From assembly GCA_036785375.1 (NCBI GenBank), contig JAWMAR010000016.1:7378001-7442000 (forward strand): 64,000 nucleotides of DNA. The letters are read 5' to 3'. Position 1 is the stretch's first letter. Each line of letters opens with the position of its first letter. The stretch is from Leucoraja ocellata (Eukaryota). The notes below the pieces were generated by a model. That model saw only the letters and a program-made list of their open reading frames with translations. It searched no databases and had not been told where the DNA came from. This document shows positions 52,395 through 63,132 of this stretch, one piece after another. Position numbers and translations under genes: made by a program.

Positions 52395-52959
52395 TGTCAG
52401 TTGATGCCCACTAGAGGTAACATGATCAACTCCTTGCTTCTTTTTTTCTAAATAAATATTGGAATTAAAGTGAAAACAATGATTAACTACCTGTTTGCAT
52501 TCCACGTGTATCTGCTGTATCTCCCCTTGAAGACATTGTCTCACATAGGTATATAGAGTCGAATATTATGTACGTAAAGCGTGTAGATTTTCCTGTAAGA
52601 TCATCTTGGGACTCATCTTGAATCGTTGCAATTATAACAAAGATTTGAATCTGAACCGTCTGCTTTTTTTTTTTTAGTTTTAATGCTAAACTATGTGTGG
52701 ACTTAGTGGGGGAAAACATTTGTGAATGTTATTCCAAAGCAATGTTGCGGTGCATATTGATTGTGCATGCTATGAGATTTTTGTGTACCATGTGCTAAAA
52801 CATTCAATGCATTGTATCTCCATTGTTAGTTTTATTAAATTGATATTTGGTGAAACGTTCTGTTTGTTACTTGCCTTATTAAAGAGGAATGTTCTTCCTA
52901 GCAATAGGAAAAACCTGGCAAAACCACAAAAGTGAACAAATATAAAATCCTCGAAACAT

Positions 52960-53500
52960 GCAGCACAGAAATGGAAGATGCTGGAGTAACTCAGCGGGTC
53001 AGGCAGCATCCCTGAGATGGATAGGTGATGTTTTGGGTTGGGCCCCTTCTTTAGACTGATTGAAGGGGTGGGGGGAAAGAAAACTAGAAGAGTGGAATGG
53101 CAGGATAATTCAGAGCTGATCAGAGGAGAACACAGGTGAGGGGGGTTCTTGAAAGGCAGATGGTTGGACGAAGGCCAGAAATGAACACACACAAAGTGTG
53201 AGACAAAAGGATGAGAGTTGCGAATTGTGTAGCTGAAGGGAAGAATGCTGAGGGGGAGGAAGAGAAAGATAGGTGTTAGATTATCCAGGGCTCAGAGGAG
53301 GGAGGGGGAAAGAAAGGGATAGCTTACAACCCAACGCACTAACGTTGAATTCTCCAATTTTTAATAAATTACAAAACACCCCTCCCCTTCCCCTTTCTCC
53401 CCATAAACCCCCTTTCTTCGCCCTCCCCTGAGCCCCAATTGATCTTTCTCTTTCCTTCACTTCCCGACTATCTCTTTCCTTCCCTTCCCAACTACAACGC
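52960..53500. mobile_element. Two opposed Penelope 3'-end fragments
   Basis: pLTR-like unit on -; + strand near 53320-53365 encodes SLQPN..NVEFSNF, the GIY-YIG C-terminus. Confidence 0.6.
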
Positions 53501-53737
53501 CCAGGAATGAAGGCGATTACAAAAAGTGGTGAACACTGCCCGGTTCATCACGGTAACTGACCTCCCCACCATCAAAGTGACCTATAGGAGGCGCTGGCTG
53601 CCTCAAAATGGCCACCAGCATCATCAAGCATTAACACCAGCCTGGCTATACTCATTTAACTCCTGCCATTGGGTCAAAGGAACAGGAGTCTGAAAACTCC
53701 ACCCAGGTTCAGGAACAGCTACTCCCCAACAATATAA

Positions 53738-54028
53738 GGACGGCATGGTGGTGCAGCAGCAGAGTTGGTGCCATAGCGTTTGCAGTGCCAGAGACCTGAG
53801 TTCGATCCCGTCTATGGATGCTGTCTACGGAGTTTGTATGTTCTACCCGTGACCGCATGGGTTTTCTACCACACTCCAAAGACGTTTAGGTTTATTGGTT
53901 AATTGGCTTGGTGTATGTGTAAATTTCCCTAGTGTGTGTCGGATAGTGGTAGTGTGCTGGGATCGCTGGTCGGCGGGGACTCGGTGGGCCGAAGGGCCTG
54001 CTTCCGTATCTCTAAACTAAACTAAACT
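53738..54028 (+). mobile_element. HE1-type V-SINE, full length
   Basis: GGCATGGTGGTGCAGCAG head, gttcgatccc box B, core, and ...GGGCCGAAGGGCCTG...(CTAAA)3 tail. Confidence 0.85.
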
Positions 54029-54515
54029 ATTGAACACCAGGAACTCTAAACGCGGAACTACAAACTGTCATGGTTGCGCTTTGGACGTTAGGCTATTTGT
54101 TTTGCACTTCATTGTTTTTTTTTAAATTTATTATACTTTATTTTGTTTATTTATTATGTTATCTGTTGAGTAATGTGTTCACAACCCCGTTGTGCTGTTT
54201 CAGGTAAGAATTTTATTGTTCTGTTCATAACATAGGACAATTAAACACTCTTGACTTAAGGTCACACCCTGGCCTTGTACACTACAATCCAGTGTGAGAA
54301 TAACTGCATCCAATCCCTACTTTTGCACTTCATTGTAGATAATCAGTGGTGAATCTCTTCTGCACTGTTTCTATTGTTACCTCATCCTTACTGTAGCGTG
54401 GTGACCAAAACTGTACACAATACTCAAAGTATATTCTATCTCCTGTTTTGTATAGTTGCAATATTATGTCCCAACTCTTATACTCAATACCTTGGCCTAG
54501 GTGTGAAAGATACAC

Positions 54516-54719
54516 CTTCTAGATGCGCTGGGATGCATCCTCAGTGATGTGACCTGGGGTCATCGGGTGTTTCGGGTCTCACAACATCAGACACCCTCGC
54601 CCACGCGACCCAGCTGGGGTTGATCAAGCCCCAACCTGCGCCCCAGCAGCAACCGCCCATAGATCAGCCCTCTTAATCCAAAGTCACCGAGTGGCTTTCT
54701 CTGCGGCTTCATTTGCGGA
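54516..54719 (-). mobile_element. Hero/R2-group non-LTR element 3' end
   Basis: Minus strand reads EAAEKATR*LWIKR, resembling the conserved AAE.ASRWLW.KR C-terminus of Hero-type ORFs, followed by a structured 3' UTR. Confidence 0.6.
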
Positions 54720-55194
54720 TTGAATAGGAAGGACAGCATACCAAAATGTCCTTTTCACTAGTTTATTCACTGAGTGGCAACTTTGGTTGGTAATAATGTC
54801 TGCTATTCTATATTGCTGACATCTCTATGTCTTGCTTCCAAAAAAAAGTAAAGCCTCCCCCAATTTGTGTTGTTTCCTTGAACCATTTACGTTTTGTTCC
54901 TCCAGTAGTATTGGCAAAATGAGGTTATAGAATTAACTTTCCTTTTGACCAAGTGATGCATAGATGTCTAAAGTACTAGTTTGGGGAATTTCTACAAAAC
55001 AAATCATTATCCCCAGAGGATGTTACGATGGTGGATGATGAGATAAGTCTTAGAAGACTTTGGACTCTTAGTGAAGATCAGTAACATAGAATTCTAGGTT
55101 AACAACTACAAAATGTTTTCCTCACAAGGATGGGATGGATTCAGATTTCTAGTTTTCTGCTGTTGGCTGATTGTTCTTGGAATCATGGCATTAC

Positions 55195-57415
55195 ACAGAT
55201 GATTCTGAACTTAAAGAAAGGTAACTTTGAAGGTATGAGACGTGAATTGGCCAAGATAGACTGGCAATTGATTCTTAAAGGGTTGACGGTGGATATGCAA
55301 TGGAAGGCATTTAAAGACTGCATGGATGAACTACAACAATTGTTCATCCCAGTTTGGAAAAATAATTAATCAGGGAAGGTAGTACATCCGTAGATAACAA
55401 GGGAAATCGGGGATAGTAGCAAAACAAAAGATGAAGCATACAAATTAGCCAGAAAAAGCAGCCTACCAGAGGACAGGGAGAAATTCAGCAGAGGAGGACA
55501 AAGGGCTTAATTAGGAAAGGGAAAATAGATTATGAAAGAAAACTGGCCTGGAACATAAAAACTGACTGCAAAAGTTTTTATAGATATGTGAAGAGAAAAA
55601 GATTAGTTAAAACAAATGTAGGTCCCTTGCAGTCAGAAACAGGTGAATTGATCGTGGGAAACAAGGACATGGCAGACCAATTGAATAACTACTTTGGTTC
55701 TGTCTTCACTAAGGAAGACATAAATAATCTGCCGGAAATAGAAGGGGACCGGGGGTCAAATGAGATGGAGGAACTGAGTGAAATCCAGGTTAGCCGGGAA
55801 GTGGTGTTAGGTAAATTGAATGGATTAAAGGCCGATAAATCCCCAGGGCCAGATAGGCTGCATCCCAGAGTACTTAAGGAAGTAGCCCCAGAAATAGTGG
55901 ATGCATTAGTGATAATTTTTCAAAACTCTTTAGATTCTGGAGTAGTTCTTGAGGATTGGAGGGTAGCTAATGTAACCCCACTTTTTAAAAAGGGAGGGAG
56001 AGAGAAAATGGGGAATTACAGACCAGTTAGTCTAACATCGGTAGTGGGGAAACTGCTAGTCAGTTATTAAAGATGGGATAGCAGCACATTTGGAAAGTGG
56101 TGAAATCATTGGACAAAATCAGCATGGATTTATGAAAGGTAAATCATGTCTGACGAATCTTATAGAATTTTTCGAGGATGTAACTAGTAGAGTGGATAAG
56201 GGAGAACCAGTGGATGTGTTATATCTGAACTTTCAGAAGGATTTCAACAAGGTCCCTCATAAGAGATTAGTATACAAACTTAAAGCACACGGTATTGGGG
56301 GTTCAGTATTGATGTGGTTAGAGAACTGGCTGGCAGACAGGAAGCAAAGAGTAGGAGTAAACCGGTCCTTTTCAGAATGGCAGGCAGTGACTAGTGGGGT
56401 ACAGCAAGGCTCAGTGCTGGGACCCCAGCTATTTACAATATATATTAATGATTTGGACGAGGGAATTGAATCCAACATCTCCAAATTTGCGAATGACACG
56501 AAGATGGGGGGCAGTGTTATCTGTGAGGAGGATGCTAGGAGGCTGCAAGGTTACTTGGATAGACTGGTGAGTGGGAAAATGCATGGCAGATGCAGTATAA
56601 TGTGGATAAATGTGAGGTTATCCACTTTGGTGGCACAAACAGGAAAGTAGACTATTATCTGAATGGTGGCCGATTAGGAAAAGGGGAGATCCAAAGAGAC
56701 CTGGGTGTCATGGTACACCAGTCATTGAAAGTATTCATACAGGTACAGCAGGCAGTGAAGAAAGCGAATGGTATGTTAGCATTCATAGCAAAAGGATTTG
56801 AGTATAGGAGCAGGGAGGTTCTACTGCAGTTGTACAGGGTCTTGGTGAGACCACACCTGAGTATTGTGTACAACTTTGGTCTCCTAATCTGAGGAAAGAC
56901 ATTCTTGCCATAGAGGGAGTACAGAGAAGGTTCACTAGACTGATTCCTGGGATATCAGAACTTTCATATGAGGAAAGACTGGATAGACTCGGCTTGTACT
57001 CGCTAGAATTTAGAAGATTGAGGGGGGATCTTATAGAAACTTACAAAAGTTACAAAATTCTTAAGGGGTTGCACAGGCTAGATGCAGGAAGATTGTTCCC
57101 GATGTTGGGGAAGTCCAGAACAAGGGGTCACAGTTTAAGGATAAGGGGGAAATCTTTTAGGACCGAGATGAGAAAAAAAAATTTCACACAAAGTGTGGTG
57201 AATTTCTGGAATTCTCTGCCACAGAAGGTAGTTGAGGCCAGCTCATTGGCTATATTTAAGAGGGAGTTAGATGTGGCCCTTGTGGTAAAGGTATTAGGGG
57301 GTATGGAGAGAAGGGAGGTACAGGATACTGAGTTGGATGATCATATAGAAAGGCGATGCAGGCTCGAAGGGCCGAATGGCCTACTCCTGCACCTATTTTT
57401 TATGTTTCTATGTTT
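55195..57415 (+). mobile_element. CR1 LINE, about 2.2 kb, frameshifted ORF2
   Basis: KSPGPDRLHPRVLKE, NYRPVSLTSVVGK, QHGFMKGKSCLTNL, YINDL, RPHL and a 3' tail. Confidence 0.95.
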
Positions 57416-57937
57416 CAATGATGGTTTGTACACAGGATTGTTTCGGGGCTGCTTAGATACATACTAATTTTAGAACAGAAAGAGGTATTGTAGAACAATC
57501 TAGTCCCATTCTCAGTAGCCTTGTAAATTAATTTCCACAAATGCCAAACCAATTTATTTTTTAAAAAAAGATTGACATTCCATTGGCTTTATTGCCTCCA
57601 GATCATGATCATTCTCTGCTTAAAAAAAAGTTTTCCTTGCTGAACAAAAATTTGTTCTATGCCTGCATTTTATCACCTTCGAGAGATCAATTACAGAAGT
57701 TTGCAAATAATTTTAATCAACAGGAACACAACTTAAAAATTGAGAACTTGGTTTTCCCCTCTGCCTTCCAATTTTGAACTTGGCAGATGGTGGAATCTGA
57801 AAGAATCTGAAACCATTTCAATGCTTTGTATTCACCGAAGGACTTAGATTGACAGGTATAAAGGGAGACTATTTAATTATCATTACAGACAATTCATTAG
57901 TGTTTGAAAACTGGAACTGTCAGAAAAATGAGCTTAC

Positions 57938-58082
57938 TTCAGATTTTGACAAATCTTCATATATAACAACTGCAGGCTGGGATTTTCCAATTTGAGAAAA
58001 CAGATATCGGAGCAAATTAAGGGAAGTTAATTGGTTTTTTAAAAATGGAAGTGAAGAGAATTTGCAGGGCATTCCAGGAGGC
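57938..58082 (-). other. Exon-like segment (PPGMPCKFSSLPFLKNQLTSLNLLRYLFSQIGKSQPAVVIYEDLSKSE), gene unassigned
   Basis: Acceptor tttgctctacattag|G and donor GAA|gtaagc; 145 nt with only one open frame; non-repeat sequence. Confidence 0.4.
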
Positions 58083-59214
58083 CTAATGTAGAGCAAATAT
58101 GAGTAGTGTAGACTGATGATGGACAAAGATTGCAGACAGAAACAAGGAGGTTAGGGTGTAAGATGGAACTAAACATAGAAAAGTAGAGCACATGGGGCAG
58201 GACCTTCGACCCACAATGTCTGTGCTGAACTTAATGACAAGATAAACTAATCTCACCTGCCTACACATGACCAATATTCCTCCAATTCCAGAATATCCAT
58301 GTGCCTGTCTAAAAGCCCCTTGTATCTGCCTTCACCACCATCCCTGGCAGTACGTACCAGGCACCCACCACTCTCTGTGTAAAAACACTTGCCCTGCACA
58401 TCTGCTTTAAACTACCTCTTTCTCCTTAAACATATGCCCTCAAGTCTTTGTCATTTTCACCCTGGGAAACAGGTTCCACTGTCTACCCTATCTTTGGTTC
58501 CGATAATTTTTACATCCAGGACTTTCATCAGGTTTCCTCCGGTGTACAAGAATCCAGATTTTCCTTTGGAATTTGCCTGGGGTGGAGTGAGCAGGATTGA
58601 AGGATTGAGGGAAAGTGTACGGGCTAAAGATGAGGGATGATGGGGTTGCAGCTGCATGGTGGGAGAGGACGAGAGAATCAAATTAGTAATGAAGAGGTAC
58701 TGTATCATTAATGTTTCTCATGCTTGTTGTTCAGTTCCACACTGCGCAGTGAATTAATTTCTGTGAATCAGTTCCACACTGCACAGTGAATCAGTCTGAA
58801 GAAGGGTTTTGGCCCGAAACGTTGCCTATTTCTTTCGCTCCACAGATGCTCCATCAGGGACTGGATTGTTTTTTTAGTGTTATTATGTGTGAAGTGTTTT
58901 AAATTTCATGTGCGAGGCTCCGCTATTCACTGGGAAACGTCTTTTCATTTTGCACTGTACTTGTTGCTTGCAAGATGACAATAAAGGTTGATTGATTGAT
59001 TGATTGATGCTGCTGCACCCGCTGAGTTTCTCCAGCACTTTTGTCTACCACAGTGAATTAATTATTTGCCCATTAGGGGGAGCTCTAATACTAATTGTGG
59101 CAGCCACCTCTCTCTTGGATACGCTCTGATCCCTTTAACTAGCTGACAGGCAGGATGGGAGATTGCAACCTTCACCCTGTTTCGACAAATGCAATCAACC
59201 TGGCGTGCACAATC

Positions 59215-60200
59215 AAATAATAATAATAATAATAATACATTTTATTTTTGGGCGCCTTTCAGAAATCTCAAGGACACCTTACAGAGATTAACAGGAATAG
59301 AAAACATATAATCAGAATAAAATAAATAATAAAGACATCACAGAAGCACAAATTAAAAACAGAATTCAGCCCAAAAACAAAAAATCAAAAACACAATGTG
59401 AAGAGAGAGCAGCGGCAGCTAAAGCGCGCCAGCATCCACTCTCCCTTCCGACAGCCATCTCGGACAAAGACTAACAGGATTACTTACAGACAAAAAAAAA
59501 TCATCCCCCCACAATGGATACCACTGTGGGGGAAGGCACAATGTCCAGTCCCCAACCCCAAGTTCACCCAAAGTTAGGCCTATTGAGGCCACCGCAATTG
59601 CCTCTACGGAGGCCCGATGTTCCTGGCCGTTCTCACCGGGTGGTCTTGCACCGGCGTCGGGAGAGTCCTCTCAGCGGCTGGGCCACCTGGAACGGTCACT
59701 TCCTAGCTGGAGTTCGCGACTTCCGAAGCCGACAAGGCCGCGCCGGGTTGGAGCTCCCAGGCTCCCGATGTTGAAGTCGGCGCCGCCCGCTCCGCTCCGC
59801 AAGACCCGCAGCCCGGAGGTGTTGAACTCGGCGGTCACAGCTCACCGGAGCTCCAGCGCGGCGATCCAGCGCGGCGACCCAGGCAAGGCATCGCCCGCTC
59901 CGCGACAGCGCTCCAGTGCTGTGCCGCCACCGAGGCCGAGGTGCTGGGCGCTCCCCGCCAGGAAACGGCGCTCCAAGCCCGCTGATAGGCCACGAGGATT
60001 AGTCGACGGGGCAGCCCGGAGAAAAAGCTGCCTCACCGACCAGGTAGGGACCTAGAAGTAAAATTGCCCCCTACCCCCCACATTAAAAAGTCCATTTCTC
60101 CAACGGACAAAACACAGGACTTACTAAAAACTTTTTAAAAAAGCGAATTAAATGGACGGCTGCTGGTCAGCAGCCACTCCCCAAGATGGCTCCTCCTCCT
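59215..60200 (-). mobile_element. GC-rich non-autonomous retroelement with L2-like tail
   Basis: Body homologous to 49510-50150; 3' end gtgtccttgag...gaaaggcgcc..aataaaatg(tat)n. Confidence 0.65.
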
Positions 60201-60414
60201 GATAAGATCAAATAGAACAAGTTGTCCTACAACTTTAGTCTGTGCACGCCATACACAAGAAGAAGAAGCTGACAAGCCAGGAGGGGCCAAATCCCCAGCA
60301 TCATTGGTGACAGCTCAGGCCAATTAGCTGATCTTGGTCAGCCACTTGTACCTTGTCAGCCTATGGCTAGAATGTCTGGGTTCTATAGGGAGTGCGAGGA
60401 AGAGAGACAAAAAG

Positions 60415-60788
60415 GGCTTATACTCACGGGAGTTTAGAAGAATTGGGGTGACCCCATTTAAACATACAGAATAGTGAAAGGCTTGAATAGAGTGGATGTG
60501 GAGAGGTTGTTTCCACTAGTGGGAGAGTCTAGGACTAGAGGCCATAGCCTCAGAATTAAAGGACATTCCTTTAGGAAGGAGATGAGGAGGAATTTCTTTC
60601 GTCAGAGGGTGATGAATCTGTGGAATTCTTTGCCACAGAAGGCTGTGGAAGCCAAGTCTGTGGATATTTTTAAGGCAGAGATAGATAGATTCGTGATTAG
60701 TACGGGAGTCAGAAGTTATGGAGAGAAGGCAGAAGAATGGGGTTAGGAAGGAGAGATAGATCAGCCATGATTGAATGGCAGAGTCGAC
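60415..60788 (+). mobile_element. CR1 3' fragment
   Basis: ORF 60474..60746: ESRTRGHSLRIKG...QRVMNLWNSLPQ. Confidence 0.88.
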
Positions 60789-60789
60789 T

Positions 60790-62115
60790 TAATTTTTTAA
60801 TTTTTTTTTTAAAATTTCAAAATAGACTTTATTCAATTGATCAATATATACAATTCATGAACCATTCGAACAAAAAAATTCATCCGACATTTTCGGAGAC
60901 TATACAAATTTTTTTCAGTACAATATTTTTACATTTGTCAAATTCCACCAAAACTGTCCCCCACCCATGCCACTCTGTGGCCCCTGTCCAAGTAATAAAT
61001 ATATACAATGTGTGCACAGCGCGAAAATTCCATCCGACATTTTTGTAGGCTATAGAGATTGTTCAATACAGTTTATGTCTTTTAAATTCCACAAAAATGT
61101 CCCCCACCCGTGCCACTCATGTGGCCCCCTGGCGTGGGATACCTTCCCCTAATTTAATTTGAGGGGCGTCTCCACCATACCGTGCCCCCCATGTCCAGCA
61201 GCAGAAGGATCCTAGACTGTGGCCCTCCCCCACCGAGCCTTGGCGTTGGCTGCACTAAGCTTCAGCGAGCCCCTTAGCACATACTCCTGCAGTCTGCAGT
61301 GGGCCAGTCGGCAACATTCCCTGACGGACATCTCGCTCTGCTGGGTGGTGAGCAACGCTCGGGCAGACCAAAGAGCGTCTTTCACCGAGTTGATGACCCT
61401 CCAGCAGCTCTCGATGTCAGCCTCTGAATATGTCCCTGGGAACAGTCCGTAAATCACAGAGTCCTCTGTGACGGAGCTGTTCGGGATAAATCGTTCCAGG
61501 GACCCTTTCATACTTCTCCAGACTCTTTTTGCAAATCCACACTCTGCAAAGAGGTGGGCAACCGTCTCCTCTCCATAGCAGCCGTCCCGAGGGCAGCGTG
61601 CGCTGGTAGTGAGTTTCCGGCGGTGCAGGAAGGATCTAACTGAGAGGGCTCCCCTCAACGCCAGCCAAGCCAGGTCTTGATGCTTGTTGGTCAGTTCTGG
61701 CGATGAGGCATTTTGCCAGACAAGCTGGGCAGTCTGCTCTGGGAACCACGCCACCGGATCCATCGAGTCCTTTCCCTGCAGTGCCTGCAGGACATTCCAT
61801 GCTGACCACTGCCTGATGGACTTGTGGTCAAAGGTGTTGGTCCGGAAGAACCTTTCCACAGATGACAGATGGGGCGGCAATGTCCAGCTGACTGGCACAT
61901 TGCGTGGCATCTGCGCCAGGCCCATCCTTCGCAACACTGGGGACAGGTAGAACCTCAGCAGGTAGTGACACTTAGTGCCCACGTGCCTTGGCTCTACACT
62001 CCGCCTGATGCAGCCACACACAAAGGTGGCCATCAGGATGAGGGCGACGTTGGGCACGCTTTTACCCCCGTTGTCTGCCGACTTGTACATTGTGACCCGT
62101 CGCACCCGGTCCATC
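60790..62115 (-). mobile_element. L1/Tx1-clade LINE 3' fragment with 3' UTR and A-rich tail
   Basis: ORF 61212..62117: GGKSVPNV..., CPRDGCYGEETVAHLFAEC (C-terminal zinc knuckle). Confidence 0.88.
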
Positions 62116-62937
62116 AAATAAGATCAAATAGAACAAGTTGTCCTACAACTTTAGGCTGTGCACGCAAGAAGCAGAAGAGACCCACTGAGTTACTCCAGCA
62201 TTTTGTGTCTATCTTTCCCCTATACGTGGTGTTGTTTTATATCTCAGCCTTTTCAAAACAATGCTTTCTGTGCTCTTATATATGGCAGTAATGATGCCAT
62301 TGGTTTCCCCTTATTCCATCAGGACTTTAATCCAAGGTGCAGGAATTACCATCTTGAATTCAGCTGCACCCCTTCAACGTGAAAACAGGTTTTCTCTGTT
62401 TCCCACTGAGGAATCTGACCATCTCTAGATTAATTTACTCGGAGTGAATTTACATAATATTTACTTATGTAGTTTTGGCATCGATGCGATCAAACCACAC
62501 CTTTTCCAGGAAACAATGTGACAAATATCTGATTGTTCCCGTGTATGACTGGTTCTGCAGATATATTTCTACAAAGCCCGACATTGATTGTAGCTCCACA
62601 GTCCCTGTGGCTGAGAAGTAGTTTGAACGTGAAGCTCAAGCAGATTCCATTTCCCTGTTTTAAAGTCATGCAGTGATAATAATGTCCTAATTACCCTAAA
62701 TAGTGCGCCTAATTTTGGGCTTGGTTCCCTGGCAAGTGATCATTTACCAATTATTGAATCGTGGCCTTGCACATGCCACATGCCACCTGCTTATCTGTTT
62801 AATGTGCTGTGGCATTCAGTCTTTGAATATTTTTATGGCTGAGGGAGAAGCTATTCTTGATGACTAAGGTGCCAAAAATTTGCCAGGAAAAGGAACGACC
62901 GTGGAACTCATCTTACAGCCAATTCAGCCATAACGTT

Positions 62938-63132
62938 ATTGAAGATAGACACAAAAAGCTGGAGTAACTCAGCGGGACAGGCAGCATTTCTGGAGAGAAG
63001 CATCTCTGAAGAAGGGTCTCGACCCGAAACGTCACCCATTCCTTCTCTCCAGAGATGCTGCCCGTCCCGCTGAGTTACTCCAGCTTTTTGTGTCTATCTT
63101 CGGTTTAAACAAGCATCTGCAGTTCCTTCCTA
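62938..63132. mobile_element. Palindromic pLTR-derived element
   Basis: Near-perfect inverted arms flanking an intact hammerhead core. Confidence 0.75.
63006..63033 (+). ncRNA. Minimal hammerhead ribozyme motif (intact core)
   Basis: Identical 28-mer CTGAAGAAGGGTCTCGACCCGAAACGTC at the centre of a fold-back repeat. Confidence 0.7.

Noticed and set aside
53738-53815. tRNA genes
   Set aside because: The box A/B-like sequences are heads of HE1 SINEs, followed by SINE core and tail; no complete cloverleaf was found.
57677-57796. Additional - strand coding exon
   Set aside because: Plausible splice signals but stops in all three frames; at most a non-coding or terminal exon.
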